Shown: in pieces, positions 47,191 to 57,012 of the stretch
Position numbering within the stretch: the stretch's first letter is position 1
How the letters are laid out: every line of letters begins with the position of its first letter
Assembly: GCF_002009425.1 (NCBI RefSeq)
Contig: NZ_CP019936.1
Location: 1,721,297 to 1,785,296, forward strand
Direction: 5' to 3'
DNA: 64,000 bases
DNA from: Thiosocius teredinicola
GTDB lineage: Bacteria; Pseudomonadota; Gammaproteobacteria; Chromatiales; Chromatiaceae
Program-made: the position numbers and the translations under genes
The notes under the pieces: model-generated
The model's database searches: none
What the model saw: only the letters and a program-made list of their open reading frames with translations
Told to the model about the DNA's origin: nothing

Positions 47191-47531
47191 TATTCCACCT
47201 CCAGTTCTTTGATCCGCATCTGGTCACCGTGGGTGACCTGCAATTGATAGCCGCCACAACGCGGGCAGGCGTCGTAGCGTTGATTGATTTCGACGTTGTC
47301 GCCGCACGCCATGCACCAGGCGATCGCCGGTTGATCGACGATCTCCAGCTTGCAGCCATCGGCCAGCGTGCCGCGACAGACGACATCGAAACTGAACAGC
47401 ATGGCCGACGGCTCGACACCCGCCAGCGCGCCGATCTCGAGCCATACCGTTTTGACCCGCTTGAATTGCTGCGCCTCGGCTTGGTCTTCGAGTACCTGCA
47501 AAATGCCTTCACACAATGACATCTCGTGCAT
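47190..47531 (-). CDS. hypA: hydrogenase nickel insertion protein HypA
   Basis: [11 protein letters not shown] with an N-terminal MHE. Zn site CMACG...CPRCGG. Confidence 0.9.
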   Translation of the reverse strand: MHEMSLCEGILQVLEDQAEAQQFKRVKTVWLEIGALAGVEPSAMLFSFDVVCRGTLADGCKLEIVDQPAIAWCMACGDNVEINQRYDACPRCGGYQLQVTHGDQMRIKELEVE

Positions 47532-48685
47532 CAGCTTTCCTCGATGTGTAGGTCGTAGCCGACACAGGGATCGATCGAGTGCACCAACAGGCGCGCCTGT
47601 AGCTGCGCGGTCGATTCATCGGCTGCACGGACCGACGTCAGCGTGCGTACAGCGACGCCGCTCGGATGGAAGTTCCATTCGGTCGGCGCCAGGATGCGGT
47701 AGCGTGAGACTTTTTCGCCCTCGAGTTCGACGTAGTGACACAGCCGGCCGCGCGCCGCCTCGAGTTGCGCAAAGCCGGTTTGCCCGCGTGGGGGTTTCTC
47801 CGTATCCAACAACACCGACGACAGCTCGGCGATCTCGATCAGCCGCGCCGTCAGACGCCACAGCAGGCCGTTGCCGAAGCGACGGCCGATCGCCTTCATC
47901 AAAGGATGCGCAGCCTGGCGCGCCGACGGGCCGGTTTCGCGTGTCTGGTTCTTCCAGGTCGGTTGTGCGACGAAGACGTCGGCACCTTCGGCGGACAAGA
48001 TCGCCGTCAGTTCGCGCTCGACACTCTTGGGCAGGGTGGCCATCTTGGCATTGCCGAGGCTTTCCCAGGCGCGCCGGCGGACGAACTTGAGCAACTGGGC
48101 AGCCGGCGAAGGGCTTGTATCGGCCCAGGCGAGAAAGGCGTCCTGGTCGTGATGCAGCCAGGTTGCGATGTCGCCGCCGAACACCTGCGAGGCGACGGAC
48201 TGGCGAAGGTGTTCGGCCAACGGGCGCAGTTCATCGAGGTTCAATGCGAAACGTTGCAGACCGGGCCAGCGACATACCATCTGTTCAGGGTCGATCAGCT
48301 GCTTGAGCGCCTGCACATCCTGGGTGATTCGTCCGAGCGACGCATTGGCGCGTTCGCCGCCGCAGAACTCAGGCCATTCGAACAGCACGCGCCACAGGTG
48401 TTCACGCAGTGTTTCGAGCCGCTGCAGGATGACCCGCGCGTGCTGAACATCGCCGTTCGGGGTTTCGCCGATCGCCGACTCGATGGCGCGCACGGCAGCG
48501 ACCGATTGCGCCTGGCCGCAGACGTTGAACACCAGTGGCATGAGCTTCAGCGTCTCGTCGATCGTGCGCCCCTCGAACAGGCGCGAAGCCAGGGTCGGGC
48601 GCGTCGAAAGCACGCTGACCGCGGCGCGTTTCGGCGCTACGCGGATATCCAGGCGTCCTTCGATGGCCGACCGACCGGGGCTCAC
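47531..48685 (-). CDS. hupK: HupK/HoxV-like [NiFe] large-subunit-like scaffold protein
   Basis: Large-subunit-like with a degenerate N-terminal motif (FNVCGQAQ) and a C-terminal DPCVGYDLH lacking the full CxxC pair. Confidence 0.8.
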   Translation of the reverse strand: MSPGRSAIEGRLDIRVAPKRAAVSVLSTRPTLASRLFEGRTIDETLKLMPLVFNVCGQAQSVAAVRAIESAIGETPNGDVQHARVILQRLETLREHLWRVLFEWPEFCGGERANASLGRITQDVQALKQLIDPEQMVCRWPGLQRFALNLDELRPLAEHLRQSVASQVFGGDIATWLHHDQDAFLAWADTSPSPAAQLLKFVRRRAWESLGNAKMATLPKSVERELTAILSAEGADVFVAQPTWKNQTRETGPSARQAAHPLMKAIGRRFGNGLLWRLTARLIEIAELSSVLLDTEKPPRGQTGFAQLEAARGRLCHYVELEGEKVSRYRILAPTEWNFHPSGVAVRTLTSVRAADESTAQLQARLLVHSIDPCVGYDLHIEES

Positions 48686-49194
48686 GGTGATTCTTCTCCA
48701 TCCTTGTGCAGGCGGCCACGCAGAAAATCGCGCCGGCTCAGTTTGGTAGGTTGCGCCGTCGCTGCGACGTCTTCAACGGTGTCGTCGTTGCCTGTCTGCT
48801 CCTCGCCGTGCCAACGCTTGACGATCTCATCGGCGAAAGTCGACGACTCGGTGTCACGGCATTCGGCATCATCGATGGCTTCCAGGGCGGCGAGCGCAAA
48901 CGCCACCGCGGTTTCCTGGTCTGCGATCTCGCCGACCGGTGACAGCAGGGAGCAGGACTGGAAGCGACCGATGCCTTCTTCGTGCCCGATCACGAAATCG
49001 TAGGGACCGGAGGCGAACACATGGGTCTGGTAGCTGCCCACCGGCAGGTCATGCCAATCGTCGCCCTCGCAAGGCAACAACATCAGATTGATGAACCAGG
49101 GGGTGATCAGAATGCCCAGGCAGCCCTGCGGCGTGCGCCGAAAGCCGACCGGTTCAACCGACAGCGCCGGGTTCAGGATCGGAACGTCCTGCAT
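48682..49194 (-). CDS. hupJ: HupJ / HybE-family hydrogenase assembly chaperone
   Basis: HybE-like core. Start ambiguous: ATG at ~49194 or GTG at ~49263. The N-terminal part of ORF 48682..49449 is an artefact. Confidence 0.65.
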   Translation of the reverse strand: MQDVPILNPALSVEPVGFRRTPQGCLGILITPWFINLMLLPCEGDDWHDLPVGSYQTHVFASGPYDFVIGHEEGIGRFQSCSLLSPVGEIADQETAVAFALAALEAIDDAECRDTESSTFADEIVKRWHGEEQTGNDDTVEDVAATAQPTKLSRRDFLRGRLHKDGEESP

Positions 49195-49264
49195 GCGCGT
49201 GTTCTGCACATGCTGAAAATGCCGCCGCAGTCCTCCCGCCAGTGCCTGTAACTGCAGATCCACG

Positions 49265-49483
49265 TCAGTCCTCCAGGATGACCATGAACTGCGCCTTGGC
49301 GCCGTCGCATTCGGGACAGCGCCAGTGGTCGGGCAGCTGCGAGAACGGTGTGCCGGGCGGGATCTGCCAGTAGTCGTCACCCTCGGCAGGGTCGTAGACA
49401 TGCCAGCAGATCTTGCACTCCATATGGGCGTCATCGGGCAGACGAGCATCGTCGCCGGCGTATGACCCCTCGAACGTCTTCAC
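49265..49483 (-). CDS. hupI: rubredoxin HupI
   Basis: GTG start overlaps the hupH stop. FEGSYAGDDARLP..ECKICWHVYDP...CPECDG rubredoxin motifs match HupI. Confidence 0.8.
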   Translation of the reverse strand: MKTFEGSYAGDDARLPDDAHMECKICWHVYDPAEGDDYWQIPPGTPFSQLPDHWRCPECDGAKAQFMVILED

Positions 49484-50346
49484 CGGTACATCTCCAGTAT
49501 CTCGTTCAATCGCTCTGCGCTGTCGAGGATGTCTTCGGGCGCGGCCAGCGCGACCGACGGCACGTCGACGACCTCGATGGTATTCAGGATCAGCGCGTCC
49601 TGCGAGTTGAAGTACTTGATCCACCACACGTTGGGGAAGGCGGTGCTGCCGATGCGGCAGTTGCCGTAGCCGCGCGAAAGTACCGTGACCGGGCCTACGC
49701 CGAGGCGTTCGCCCAGCAGCATCACGTCGCCTTCGGTCAACGGCAGCAGGGTCAGGTTCACCGTGTGCTCCGCGTCGCCCGGGCGAAAGTTCGCCATGTG
49801 GTCGGCCAGTTCCACGAGAATCGCGGGCGCGTTCTGAATGCCTGGGTCGGTCGCGTCGAACTGCGTGTCCAACGGGGCAGGCGGGATGGTCTGCGAGATA
49901 TCGCTGACCAACGACGGCACATCGCCGACCTCGATCGTATCGTGGCGCATCTGGCCGAAGCTGTCGAAGTGCTGCACGCGCCAGACACCTGCCAGTACCG
50001 ATTCCTGCGCCTTGCTCGGCGACAGCCCCTCCATCGTCGCGCTGACTTCGCCTTCACCCAGCAACTGGTTGATGAAGTCGAGGTTGGCCGCATCGAGTTG
50101 CTCGAGCGTGATGGCCGTCGACGGGTCGCCGCATTGGTAGCTGCGCAGCGCGCTCAGCGCCTGCTCGAGAATGCGTTTGCTAACCGACAGGTCGGCCTCG
50201 ACTTCGTCGGGCTCCGGCAATATCGGTTGATGATAGGTCTGCATGTCGCCAGGCATCTGCATATAGTTCAGCTCGCCGTCTTCGTCCGGCTGACTGCCTG
50301 GGCCGATACCGATACCGATGACGGGGATGTCGGGAAGCTTAGGCAT
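49480..50346 (-). CDS. hupH: hydrogenase expression/formation protein HupH (HyaF family)
   Basis: ~288 aa. HupH-like duplicated domain. Position between hupG and hupI. Confidence 0.8.
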   Translation of the reverse strand: MPKLPDIPVIGIGIGPGSQPDEDGELNYMQMPGDMQTYHQPILPEPDEVEADLSVSKRILEQALSALRSYQCGDPSTAITLEQLDAANLDFINQLLGEGEVSATMEGLSPSKAQESVLAGVWRVQHFDSFGQMRHDTIEVGDVPSLVSDISQTIPPAPLDTQFDATDPGIQNAPAILVELADHMANFRPGDAEHTVNLTLLPLTEGDVMLLGERLGVGPVTVLSRGYGNCRIGSTAFPNVWWIKYFNSQDALILNTIEVVDVPSVALAAPEDILDSAERLNEILEMYR

Positions 50347-50770
50347 GGCGTTGCTCCTTCGAGGCGTCGATCACCGGGATACCGACACCGGGGTTGTGAG
50401 ACGGTGCGTTGTCGAGGATTTCGGGAATGCGTTCCATGTATTCCGACCAATCGCGAATCTTGCTGATCTTGCCGAGAAATCGACCCCGACGAAGGAACAC
50501 CAGACTCGGCCAGACCGTGATGTCGTAAACCAGCTTCAATTGATCCTCGAGTTGGCGGTCGACGACCATCGGGATGAAGCGATCGGGAAAGGCGCGTGCC
50601 AGTTCGGGCAGCACCACGGCGACGTCGTTGCTCTCGGGGTAACGCTTGGGGTCTTCGGTGAAGAACAGCACGACAGTGCTGTCGCTCTCCAGGGTGGACG
50701 CCAGGTTCTGCGCATCCAGTACGGGGTAACCATGTTCGGCAACCAGTTGGGCGATCAAGGGAGATGGCAC
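50339..50770 (-). CDS. hupG: hydrogenase-1 operon protein HyaE-like HupG (thioredoxin-like)
   Basis: 143 aa. HyaE-family. Position after hupF. Confidence 0.75.
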   Translation of the reverse strand: MPSPLIAQLVAEHGYPVLDAQNLASTLESDSTVVLFFTEDPKRYPESNDVAVVLPELARAFPDRFIPMVVDRQLEDQLKLVYDITVWPSLVFLRRGRFLGKISKIRDWSEYMERIPEILDNAPSHNPGVGIPVIDASKEQRHA

Positions 50771-50773
50771 GGC

Positions 50774-51085
50774 TTACGCCTCCTTTATGTTGTTTTTCAG
50801 GTGGTCGGGTAGCTGTGGCTCGCGATCGATCAGATCAGCGAACAGGTGATCGACCTGGTGGTCGCCCGACATCACGTGTTGAATGGCGTTGACGGCATCC
50901 CGCATCTCCAGTGCGGTCCGCTCATCGAGTATTTCGCGGGCGGCCCCGAGGAACACGAGCAGCCAGTCACCCGGCGAGGGTGTGCCGACCAGGCTGATAT
51001 CCACGATGTGTCGTTGGCCGTTGTCGTCACAGCCCGCCTGAAACTCGCCGACATCGACGACCTGCATGGGGATGCCGATACACAT
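50774..51085 (-). CDS. hupF: HypC-family hydrogenase maturation chaperone HupF
   Basis: N-terminal MCIGIP, with an extended C-terminus relative to HypC. Confidence 0.85.
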   Translation of the reverse strand: MCIGIPMQVVDVGEFQAGCDDNGQRHIVDISLVGTPSPGDWLLVFLGAAREILDERTALEMRDAVNAIQHVMSGDHQVDHLFADLIDREPQLPDHLKNNIKEA

Positions 51086-51780
51086 CAGTCTTTCACCCGG
51101 TGGTCGACATTCACGCTGAGTTTGTCGCCTTCGAACTGCACCGGCTTGGGGTCGAACTGCATGTTCTCGTCCCGCAACACCCGCTCGTCACCACCTCGAT
51201 AGGCGAGGCGCTCATCCGGGCGTCCGGTTTCATAGGCGCTGAGGTTCAATGCCTCGGGGTTCAGGGAATCGTTGTCGGGGAGCGGCTCGGCGCGCTGTTC
51301 GGCATTCGCCCCGCGCTGCGCCAGCCAATTCAAAGCCGCTGTGATCGCCGGCTCGATCTGCGCGCGCACCACCGGGCGCAGGCTGCCGCCGTAGTCTTCG
51401 AGATGCTCTGGTTGCACACCGACCAGCAGCAGTGCACGTGGGTAGGATCCGGTAAGTTCGGCCATCGCCAGCACTTCCTGGAAACCGGTCTGGTGGAGGC
51501 TCATTTTCTTTGCGCCCATGAAGCTCGGCACGTCGTCGCCTTCGACCAGCTTCAAGGTGCCCGGTGCAAGGCCGTAGTCGACCGCGTCGAACACCACGAG
51601 GATCTCGGCGGTTTGCACATGCTCCAATAGATAGATGCCCTGGGTACCGCCGTCGATCAACGAGACGTTGCCGCCGAATTGATACCGCCGGTTGAGTTCC
51701 TCGATGGCGCGTACGCCGAACCCCTCATCTGCCCATAGCACGTTGCCGATGCCGAGTAGGGTGACACTGGGTGTCGTCAT
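51085..51780 (-). CDS. hupD: [NiFe]-hydrogenase maturation endopeptidase HupD (HyaD/HybD family) with a C-terminal extension
   Basis: LLGIGNVLWADEGFGVRA and GGTQGIYL motifs of HybD-type proteases. Confidence 0.85.
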   Translation of the reverse strand: MTTPSVTLLGIGNVLWADEGFGVRAIEELNRRYQFGGNVSLIDGGTQGIYLLEHVQTAEILVVFDAVDYGLAPGTLKLVEGDDVPSFMGAKKMSLHQTGFQEVLAMAELTGSYPRALLLVGVQPEHLEDYGGSLRPVVRAQIEPAITAALNWLAQRGANAEQRAEPLPDNDSLNPEALNLSAYETGRPDERLAYRGGDERVLRDENMQFDPKPVQFEGDKLSVNVDHRVKD

Positions 51781-51810
51781 GTCTGCTCCGCAGGTTGCGT
51801 GTTAAACGAT

Positions 51811-51821
51811 TTGCAAGCCAA
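51811..51821. promoter_or_regulatory. TTG-N5-CAA palindrome (TTGcaagcCAA), a candidate HupR/NtrC-type site in the hupD/hupS divergent region
   Basis: Read directly, ~30 nt upstream of the hupD start. HupR-type regulators are reported to bind TTG-N5-CAA. Confidence 0.3.
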
Positions 51822-52209
51822 GTGGCAAGTTGCATGCCGCTCGTAGGGCCATCGCTCAAGTACCGGATTTTCAACGTGTTCTTGAATGCTTATCCGGTCG
51901 GTGCAGCAGAATTCGGAAACAATCCTTTCAGTGATGTCGGCAATCCGGCAAAGAACTTTACAGAATACTTGACGATTTTGCTTGGGGAAGGCGGTTACTT
52001 GGTGGCGCCTGGCGTCGAGTTCCGGCTGAACACTTGCCACTTGGCGTTCATGCATGAATTTTCATTCAAAAAGCGGCTGACCGCTGCCGGCGGAGGTGAA
52101 AGCGTTCCTTCCAGCTGAGTGCAAAGAACCGTTTAACGCTTTTCGGCAATGCTTAGGATTGAAATCGAGAAAACAGCATAACCCTTTGTTTTTAAAAGCC
52201 TAAAAAACT

Positions 52210-52226
52210 TGGCAGAGTCTTTGCTA
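52210..52226 (+). promoter_or_regulatory. putative sigma-54 (-24/-12) promoter TGGCAG-N6-TTGCT upstream of hupS
   Basis: GG and GC are spaced 12 nt apart, matching the TGGCAC-N5-TTGC consensus. Lies ~57 nt upstream of the hupS ATG, and a sigma54-dependent HupR is encoded nearby. Confidence 0.5.
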
Positions 52227-52282
52227 TTCCTGCTTACACAAAGCGCACCGGCCGAGTTGCGCTATTGCCACGGGAGATAAGC

Positions 52283-53353
52283 ATGACAGAGACCTTTTAC
52301 GAGGTGATGCGGAAGCAGGGGATTACCCGCCGCAGCTTCCTGAAATATTGCAGCCTGACCGCTGCCGCGCTGGGGCTGGGTCCAGCGTTCGTTCCGAAGA
52401 TCGCGCATGCGATGGAAACCAAGCCCCGCATCCCGATCCTGTGGCTGCACGGCCTGGAATGTACCTGCTGTTCGGAATCCTTTATCCGCTCGGCACACCC
52501 GTTGGCCAAGGACGTGGTTTTGTCGATGGTCTCACTCGACTACGACGACACCATCATGGCGTCGGCCGGTCACCAGGCCGAGGCCATCATCGAAGAGACC
52601 ATCCAGAAATACGACGGCAACTTCATCCTCGCGGTCGAGGGCAACCCGCCGCTCAACCAGGATGGCATGTCGTGCATCATCGCCGGCAAGCCGTTCGTCG
52701 AACAGCTGCAGCATGCTGCGGCACACTGCAAGGCGATCATCTCCTGGGGTTCATGCGCCTCGTACGGTTGCGTGCAGGCGGCCAAGCCGAACCCGACGCG
52801 CGCCACGCCGGTTCATAAAGTCATTCACGACAAGCCGATCATCAAGGTGCCGGGCTGCCCGCCCATCGCCGAGGTCATGACCGCCGTTGTGACCTATATG
52901 CTGACCTTCGACCGCATTCCCGAGCTCGACCGCCAGGGTCGGCCGAAGATGTTCTACAGCCAGCGTATCCACGACAAGTGCTACCGCCGTCCGCATTTCG
53001 ATGCCGGTCAGTTCGTCGAGAGCTGGGACGATGAGAACGCCCGCAAGGCCTACTGCCTGTACAAGATGGGCTGCAAGGGTCCGACCACCTACAACGCCTG
53101 TTCGACCATCCGCTGGAACGAGGGCACCTCGTTTCCGATCCAGGCCGGACACGGCTGTATCGGTTGTTCTGAAGACGGCTTCTGGGACAAGGGCTCTTGG
53201 TATGCCCGCCTTACCGACATCAAGCAGTTCGGTGTCGAAAGCAATGCCGACAAGGTCGGTATGACTGCCGCCGGCGTCGTCGGTGCAGCCACCGCCGCAC
53301 ATCTCGCCGTTAGTGCCGTCAAGCGCGCCCAGCAGAAAGGAGACAAAGAATGA
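52283..53353 (+). CDS. hupS: uptake [NiFe]-hydrogenase small subunit HupS (Tat signal)
   Basis: Twin-arginine leader [18 protein letters not shown]. Fe-S cysteine motifs. ATG with a GGGAGA Shine-Dalgarno. Confidence 0.9.
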   Translation: MTETFYEVMRKQGITRRSFLKYCSLTAAALGLGPAFVPKIAHAMETKPRIPILWLHGLECTCCSESFIRSAHPLAKDVVLSMVSLDYDDTIMASAGHQAEAIIEETIQKYDGNFILAVEGNPPLNQDGMSCIIAGKPFVEQLQHAAAHCKAIISWGSCASYGCVQAAKPNPTRATPVHKVIHDKPIIKVPGCPPIAEVMTAVVTYMLTFDRIPELDRQGRPKMFYSQRIHDKCYRRPHFDAGQFVESWDDENARKAYCLYKMGCKGPTTYNACSTIRWNEGTSFPIQAGHGCIGCSEDGFWDKGSWYARLTDIKQFGVESNADKVGMTAAGVVGAATAAHLAVSAVKRAQQKGDKE

Positions 53354-55164
53354 GTGTTAAACAGACGCCTAACGGTTACAGCCTGGATACCGGCGGTCGG
53401 CGGGTCGTGGTCGATCCGGTTACCCGGATCGAGGGCCACATGCGCTGCGAGGTCAACGTCGACGAAAACAACGTGATCCGCAATGCGGTGTCGTCCGGCA
53501 CCATGTGGCGTGGTCTCGAAGTGATTCTGAAAGGTCGCGATCCGCGTGATGCCTGGGCCTTCGTCGAGCGTATCTGCGGTGTGTGTACCGGTTGTCACGC
53601 GCTGACCTCGGTACGTGCGGTCGAAGATGCACTGGGCATCGAGATTCCGAAGAATGCCCACCTGATCCGCGAGATGATGGCCAAGACGTTGCAGGTGCAT
53701 GACCATGTCGTGCACTTCTATCACCTGCACGCGCTCGATTGGGTCAACCCGGTCAACGCGCTGAAAGCGGATCCGAAAGAGACCTCGAAGATCCAGCAGT
53801 TGGTGTCGCCGCATCATCCGATGTCGAGCCCGGGTTACTTCCGCGATATCCAGACCCGCATCCGCAAGTTCATCGAGTCGGGGCAACTTGGCCCGTTCAA
53901 GAACGGCTACTGGGACAACCCGGCGTACAAGCTGCCGCCGGAGGTCGACCTGATGGCGGTCGCGCACTATCTCGAAGCGCTCGACATGCAGAAGGAGTTC
54001 GTCAAGGTGCATACGGTGTTCGGTGGCAAGAACCCGCACCCGAACTACCTGGTCGGTGGCGTGCCGTGTGCGATCAATATGGATGGCGATCTGTCCGCCG
54101 GCGCACCGCTCAACATGGAGCGCCTCAACTTCGTCAAGGCGCGCATCGACGAGATGAAGGCGTTCAACGACAACGTCTACATTCCCGACGTTATCGCGAT
54201 CGCCAGCTTCTACAAGAATTGGTTGTACGGTGGCGGCCATGGCGCGAAGAACGTTATGGATTACGGTGCCTATCCGAAGGTCAACTACGACAAGTCGACC
54301 GATCAATTGCCGGGTGGTGTCATCCTCAACGGCAATTGGAACGAGGTGCTTCCCATCGATCCGCGCGATCCGGAGCAGGTGCAGGAGTACGTTGCGCATT
54401 CCTGGTACAGCTACCCCGACGAGAAGAAGGGGCTGCACCCATGGGACGGTATCACCGAGCCGAACTTCGAACTGGGTCGCGGCACCAAGGGCAGCCGGAC
54501 CAACATCGAGGAACTCGACGAGAGCGCCAAGTACTCGTGGATCAAGTCGCCGCGCTGGCGCGGCCATGCGGTCGAAGTCGGTCCGCTGTCGCGTTACACC
54601 CTGGCGTACGCGCAGAACGTCGAATACGTGCAAGAGCAGGTACACCGCAGTGTCGCGGCGTTCAACCAACTGGCCGGCACCAATGCCGATGCCAAGACCG
54701 TCCTGCAGTCGACCATCGGCCGGACCTTGGCGCGCGCGCTGGAATCACAGTATTGCGCCGACATGATGGTCGACGATTGGAATGAATTGATGGCCAACAT
54801 CAAGGCCGGCGATACCGCGACTGCCAACATGGAAAAGTGGGATCCGTCGACTTGGCCGAAAGAGGCCAAGGGTGTGGGCACCGTCGCCGCACCGCGCGGT
54901 GGGCTTGGTCATTGGATCAAGATCAAGGACGGCCGTATCGAGAACTACCAGTGCGTGGTGCCGACCACCTGGAACGGCTCGCCGCGTGACCCGGCCGGCA
55001 ACATCGGTGCGTTCGAGGCCTGCCTGATGAACACGCCGATGGAGCGTCCGGATGAGCCGGTAGAGATCCTGCGCAGTCTGCACAGCTTCGATCCCTGCTT
55101 GGCGTGCTCGACGCATGTCATGTCTGAAGAAGGTGAGGAACTCACCAGCGTCAAGGTCCGCTAA
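53350..55164 (+). CDS. hupL: uptake [NiFe]-hydrogenase large subunit HupL (with cleavable C-terminal extension)
   Basis: [11 protein letters not shown]-terminal and [11 protein letters not shown]-terminal motifs, followed by a 15-aa extension for HupD processing. Confidence 0.92.
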   Translation: MSVKQTPNGYSLDTGGRRVVVDPVTRIEGHMRCEVNVDENNVIRNAVSSGTMWRGLEVILKGRDPRDAWAFVERICGVCTGCHALTSVRAVEDALGIEIPKNAHLIREMMAKTLQVHDHVVHFYHLHALDWVNPVNALKADPKETSKIQQLVSPHHPMSSPGYFRDIQTRIRKFIESGQLGPFKNGYWDNPAYKLPPEVDLMAVAHYLEALDMQKEFVKVHTVFGGKNPHPNYLVGGVPCAINMDGDLSAGAPLNMERLNFVKARIDEMKAFNDNVYIPDVIAIASFYKNWLYGGGHGAKNVMDYGAYPKVNYDKSTDQLPGGVILNGNWNEVLPIDPRDPEQVQEYVAHSWYSYPDEKKGLHPWDGITEPNFELGRGTKGSRTNIEELDESAKYSWIKSPRWRGHAVEVGPLSRYTLAYAQNVEYVQEQVHRSVAAFNQLAGTNADAKTVLQSTIGRTLARALESQYCADMMVDDWNELMANIKAGDTATANMEKWDPSTWPKEAKGVGTVAAPRGGLGHWIKIKDGRIENYQCVVPTTWNGSPRDPAGNIGAFEACLMNTPMERPDEPVEILRSLHSFDPCLACSTHVMSEEGEELTSVKVR

Positions 55165-55180
55165 GGCGAGGAGAACGACG

Positions 55181-55399
55181 ATGATGAAACGAAAAACGGC
55201 AATGCTGTTCGGGGCCTTGGCGACCATTAGCGGGTGGGCGATCGCTCATCCTGGGCACGGCCTGCACTCGGTGAATGATGGCTGGCACCCGATGTTCGGC
55301 ATCGAGCATATCGCCCTGCTGGCGATTCTCGGCGGTGTGGGCTGGTATCTGGCGCGGCGCAGCAAGGTGTCGGGCCGACACAACGACCGTCAGGAGTAG
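55181..55399 (+). CDS. mini HupE/UreJ-like protein (signal peptide, His-rich N-terminus HPGHGLH and one TM), 72 aa
   Basis: Shine-Dalgarno AGGCGAGGAG. Signal peptide. His-rich motifs HPGHGLH and HPMFGIEHIALLAIL resemble the N-terminal metal-binding region of HupE nickel permeases. Full HupE is ~190 aa. Confidence 0.5.
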   Translation: MMKRKTAMLFGALATISGWAIAHPGHGLHSVNDGWHPMFGIEHIALLAILGGVGWYLARRSKVSGRHNDRQE

Positions 55400-55402
55400 C
55401 CT

Positions 55403-56116
55403 ATGACCACCATGGCAACCAAAACCCATTCGGAGCCGGCGGTCTACGTCTACGAGGCGCCGCTACGGATCTGGCACTGGGTCAATGCCTTGTGCATCGT
55501 GACCTTGGCCTTGACCGGCTACTTCATCGGCAGCCCGCTGCCGAGCGTGCCGGGCGAGGCCAGTGACAATTTCCTGATGGGTTACATCCGCTTCGTGCAT
55601 TTCGCCGCAGGCTACATACTGGCGATCGGATTCCTGTTCCGCATCTACTGGGCGTTTGTCGGCAACCATCATGCACGCCAGTTGTTCGCGCCACCGTTGT
55701 TCAGTGGCAAGTTCTGGAGTGGCGTGTGGCATGAGATCAAGTGGTATGCCTTCATGGTCAAAGAGCCACGCAAGTACACCGGGCATAACCCCTTGGCGGT
55801 GGTCGTGATGCACGTGCTGTTCGTATGGATGCTGATCTTCATGATCGTGACCGGCTTCGCGCTGTACGGCGAGGGCACCGGCATGGGGTCGTGGCAGTTC
55901 GAGCTGTTCAGCTCGTGGGTGATCCCGTTGTTCGGCCAGAGTCAGGACGTGCATACCTGGCACCACCTGGTGATGTGGGCCCTGGTGTGCTTCGTGATCA
56001 TTCACGTGTATGTCGCGATTCGCGAAGACATCATGTCGCGTCAATCGCTGATCAGCACGATGATCAGCGGCTGGCGCATGTTCAAGGACAATCGCGATAT
56101 GGATCGTCTCGAATAG
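55403..56116 (+). CDS. hupC: [NiFe]-hydrogenase b-type cytochrome subunit HupC/HupZ
   Basis: Four TM helices with conserved His ligands (WHW, HF, HV). Confidence 0.88.
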   Translation: MTTMATKTHSEPAVYVYEAPLRIWHWVNALCIVTLALTGYFIGSPLPSVPGEASDNFLMGYIRFVHFAAGYILAIGFLFRIYWAFVGNHHARQLFAPPLFSGKFWSGVWHEIKWYAFMVKEPRKYTGHNPLAVVVMHVLFVWMLIFMIVTGFALYGEGTGMGSWQFELFSSWVIPLFGQSQDVHTWHHLVMWALVCFVIIHVYVAIREDIMSRQSLISTMISGWRMFKDNRDMDRLE

Positions 56117-56202
56117 TCCGCACCTGAGCACCCTCCCGACGGGTCCCGCGTACCCCCCCGTACGCGTGGCCCGTTGGCTTTTCGGCTGCGCGGTTGGCCG
56201 AT

Positions 56203-56244
56203 GGGCGGCCGATTTCCTCTTGTCGTTCCCGCCCTTTTTTTTTG
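56203..56244 (+). terminator. putative terminator after hupC (gggcgg...ccgccc stem followed by T10)
   Basis: Stem with a long loop, then tttttttttt. Confidence 0.4.
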
Positions 56245-56368
56245 TATCTTTGTGTCCGACCGCATAGTGCCACCATTTCGTCGTGGGTCAAATTGATTTC
56301 TGACGTTGCACCTGCCTGTCGGCCTGCCTAGAGTGCTGCGTTTTGTCGTTTCAGTCAGTGAGGAAATC

Positions 56369-56761
56369 ATGAGCTACGAGTTCAACGTTACCCTTTCCAT
56401 GCCGTTTGCCGCCGCCCTCGAGAAAGTGCGCGAAACCCTGATGTCGGAGCACCTCGGCATCGTCAGCGATGTCGACGTACAGGCCATCTTCAAGAACAAG
56501 ATGGACAAAGACATTCCGCCTTACCACATCCTGGGGGCGTGCAATCCCAAGTTGGCCGATCGTGTGATCGGCAGCGAGCCGAATGCCGGCGTGTTGCTGC
56601 CGTGCAATTTCGTGCTGCGCGAGGTCGACGGCGGCAGCACCGTGGTGAGTTTCATGGATCCGGTGCCGGTGCTCGCGCTGACCGCTACGGATGAGCCGAA
56701 AGCGGTCGCCAGCGAAGCCCGCGAGATCCTGCAGCGCGTGGTCGCCAAGCTCGGCGGTTGA
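56369..56761 (+). CDS. DUF302-domain protein
   Basis: MSYEFNVTLSMPF...GIVSDVDVQAIFK pattern typical of DUF302. Start at the internal ATG. Confidence 0.6.
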   Translation: MSYEFNVTLSMPFAAALEKVRETLMSEHLGIVSDVDVQAIFKNKMDKDIPPYHILGACNPKLADRVIGSEPNAGVLLPCNFVLREVDGGSTVVSFMDPVPVLALTATDEPKAVASEAREILQRVVAKLGG

Positions 56762-57012
56762 ACGTCCAGTAAGGGAACGGCGCGCGTGACCGGTGTCCGC
56801 GCGTTGTCACCCGGCGTTGTTATAATCGATCAAGCTTTTACGTCGGCGACGCGGGCCAGCTATCTCCAGAGACCGGTTTGGAGCAGCCGTTAGATGTTTA
56901 TTATGCGCATATCTCATCTTTTGGCTGTTTGATTCCTCTTAGACTCCTTTAAATGAGGCTATCGGCTCGTTCCGCTACATCCATTGATTATTTATGAAGT
57001 GAGCTCGCATCG

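Noticed and set aside
51811-51836. tggcaagttgca as a sigma-54 promoter for hupD
   Set aside because: GG/GC spacing is 8 nt rather than 12, so it is not a -24/-12 element. It is retained only as part of the TTG-N5-CAA candidate.
53089-54669. 526-aa minus-strand ORF inside hupL
   Set aside because: Antisense to HupL, which has definitive N- and C-terminal Ni-binding motifs.
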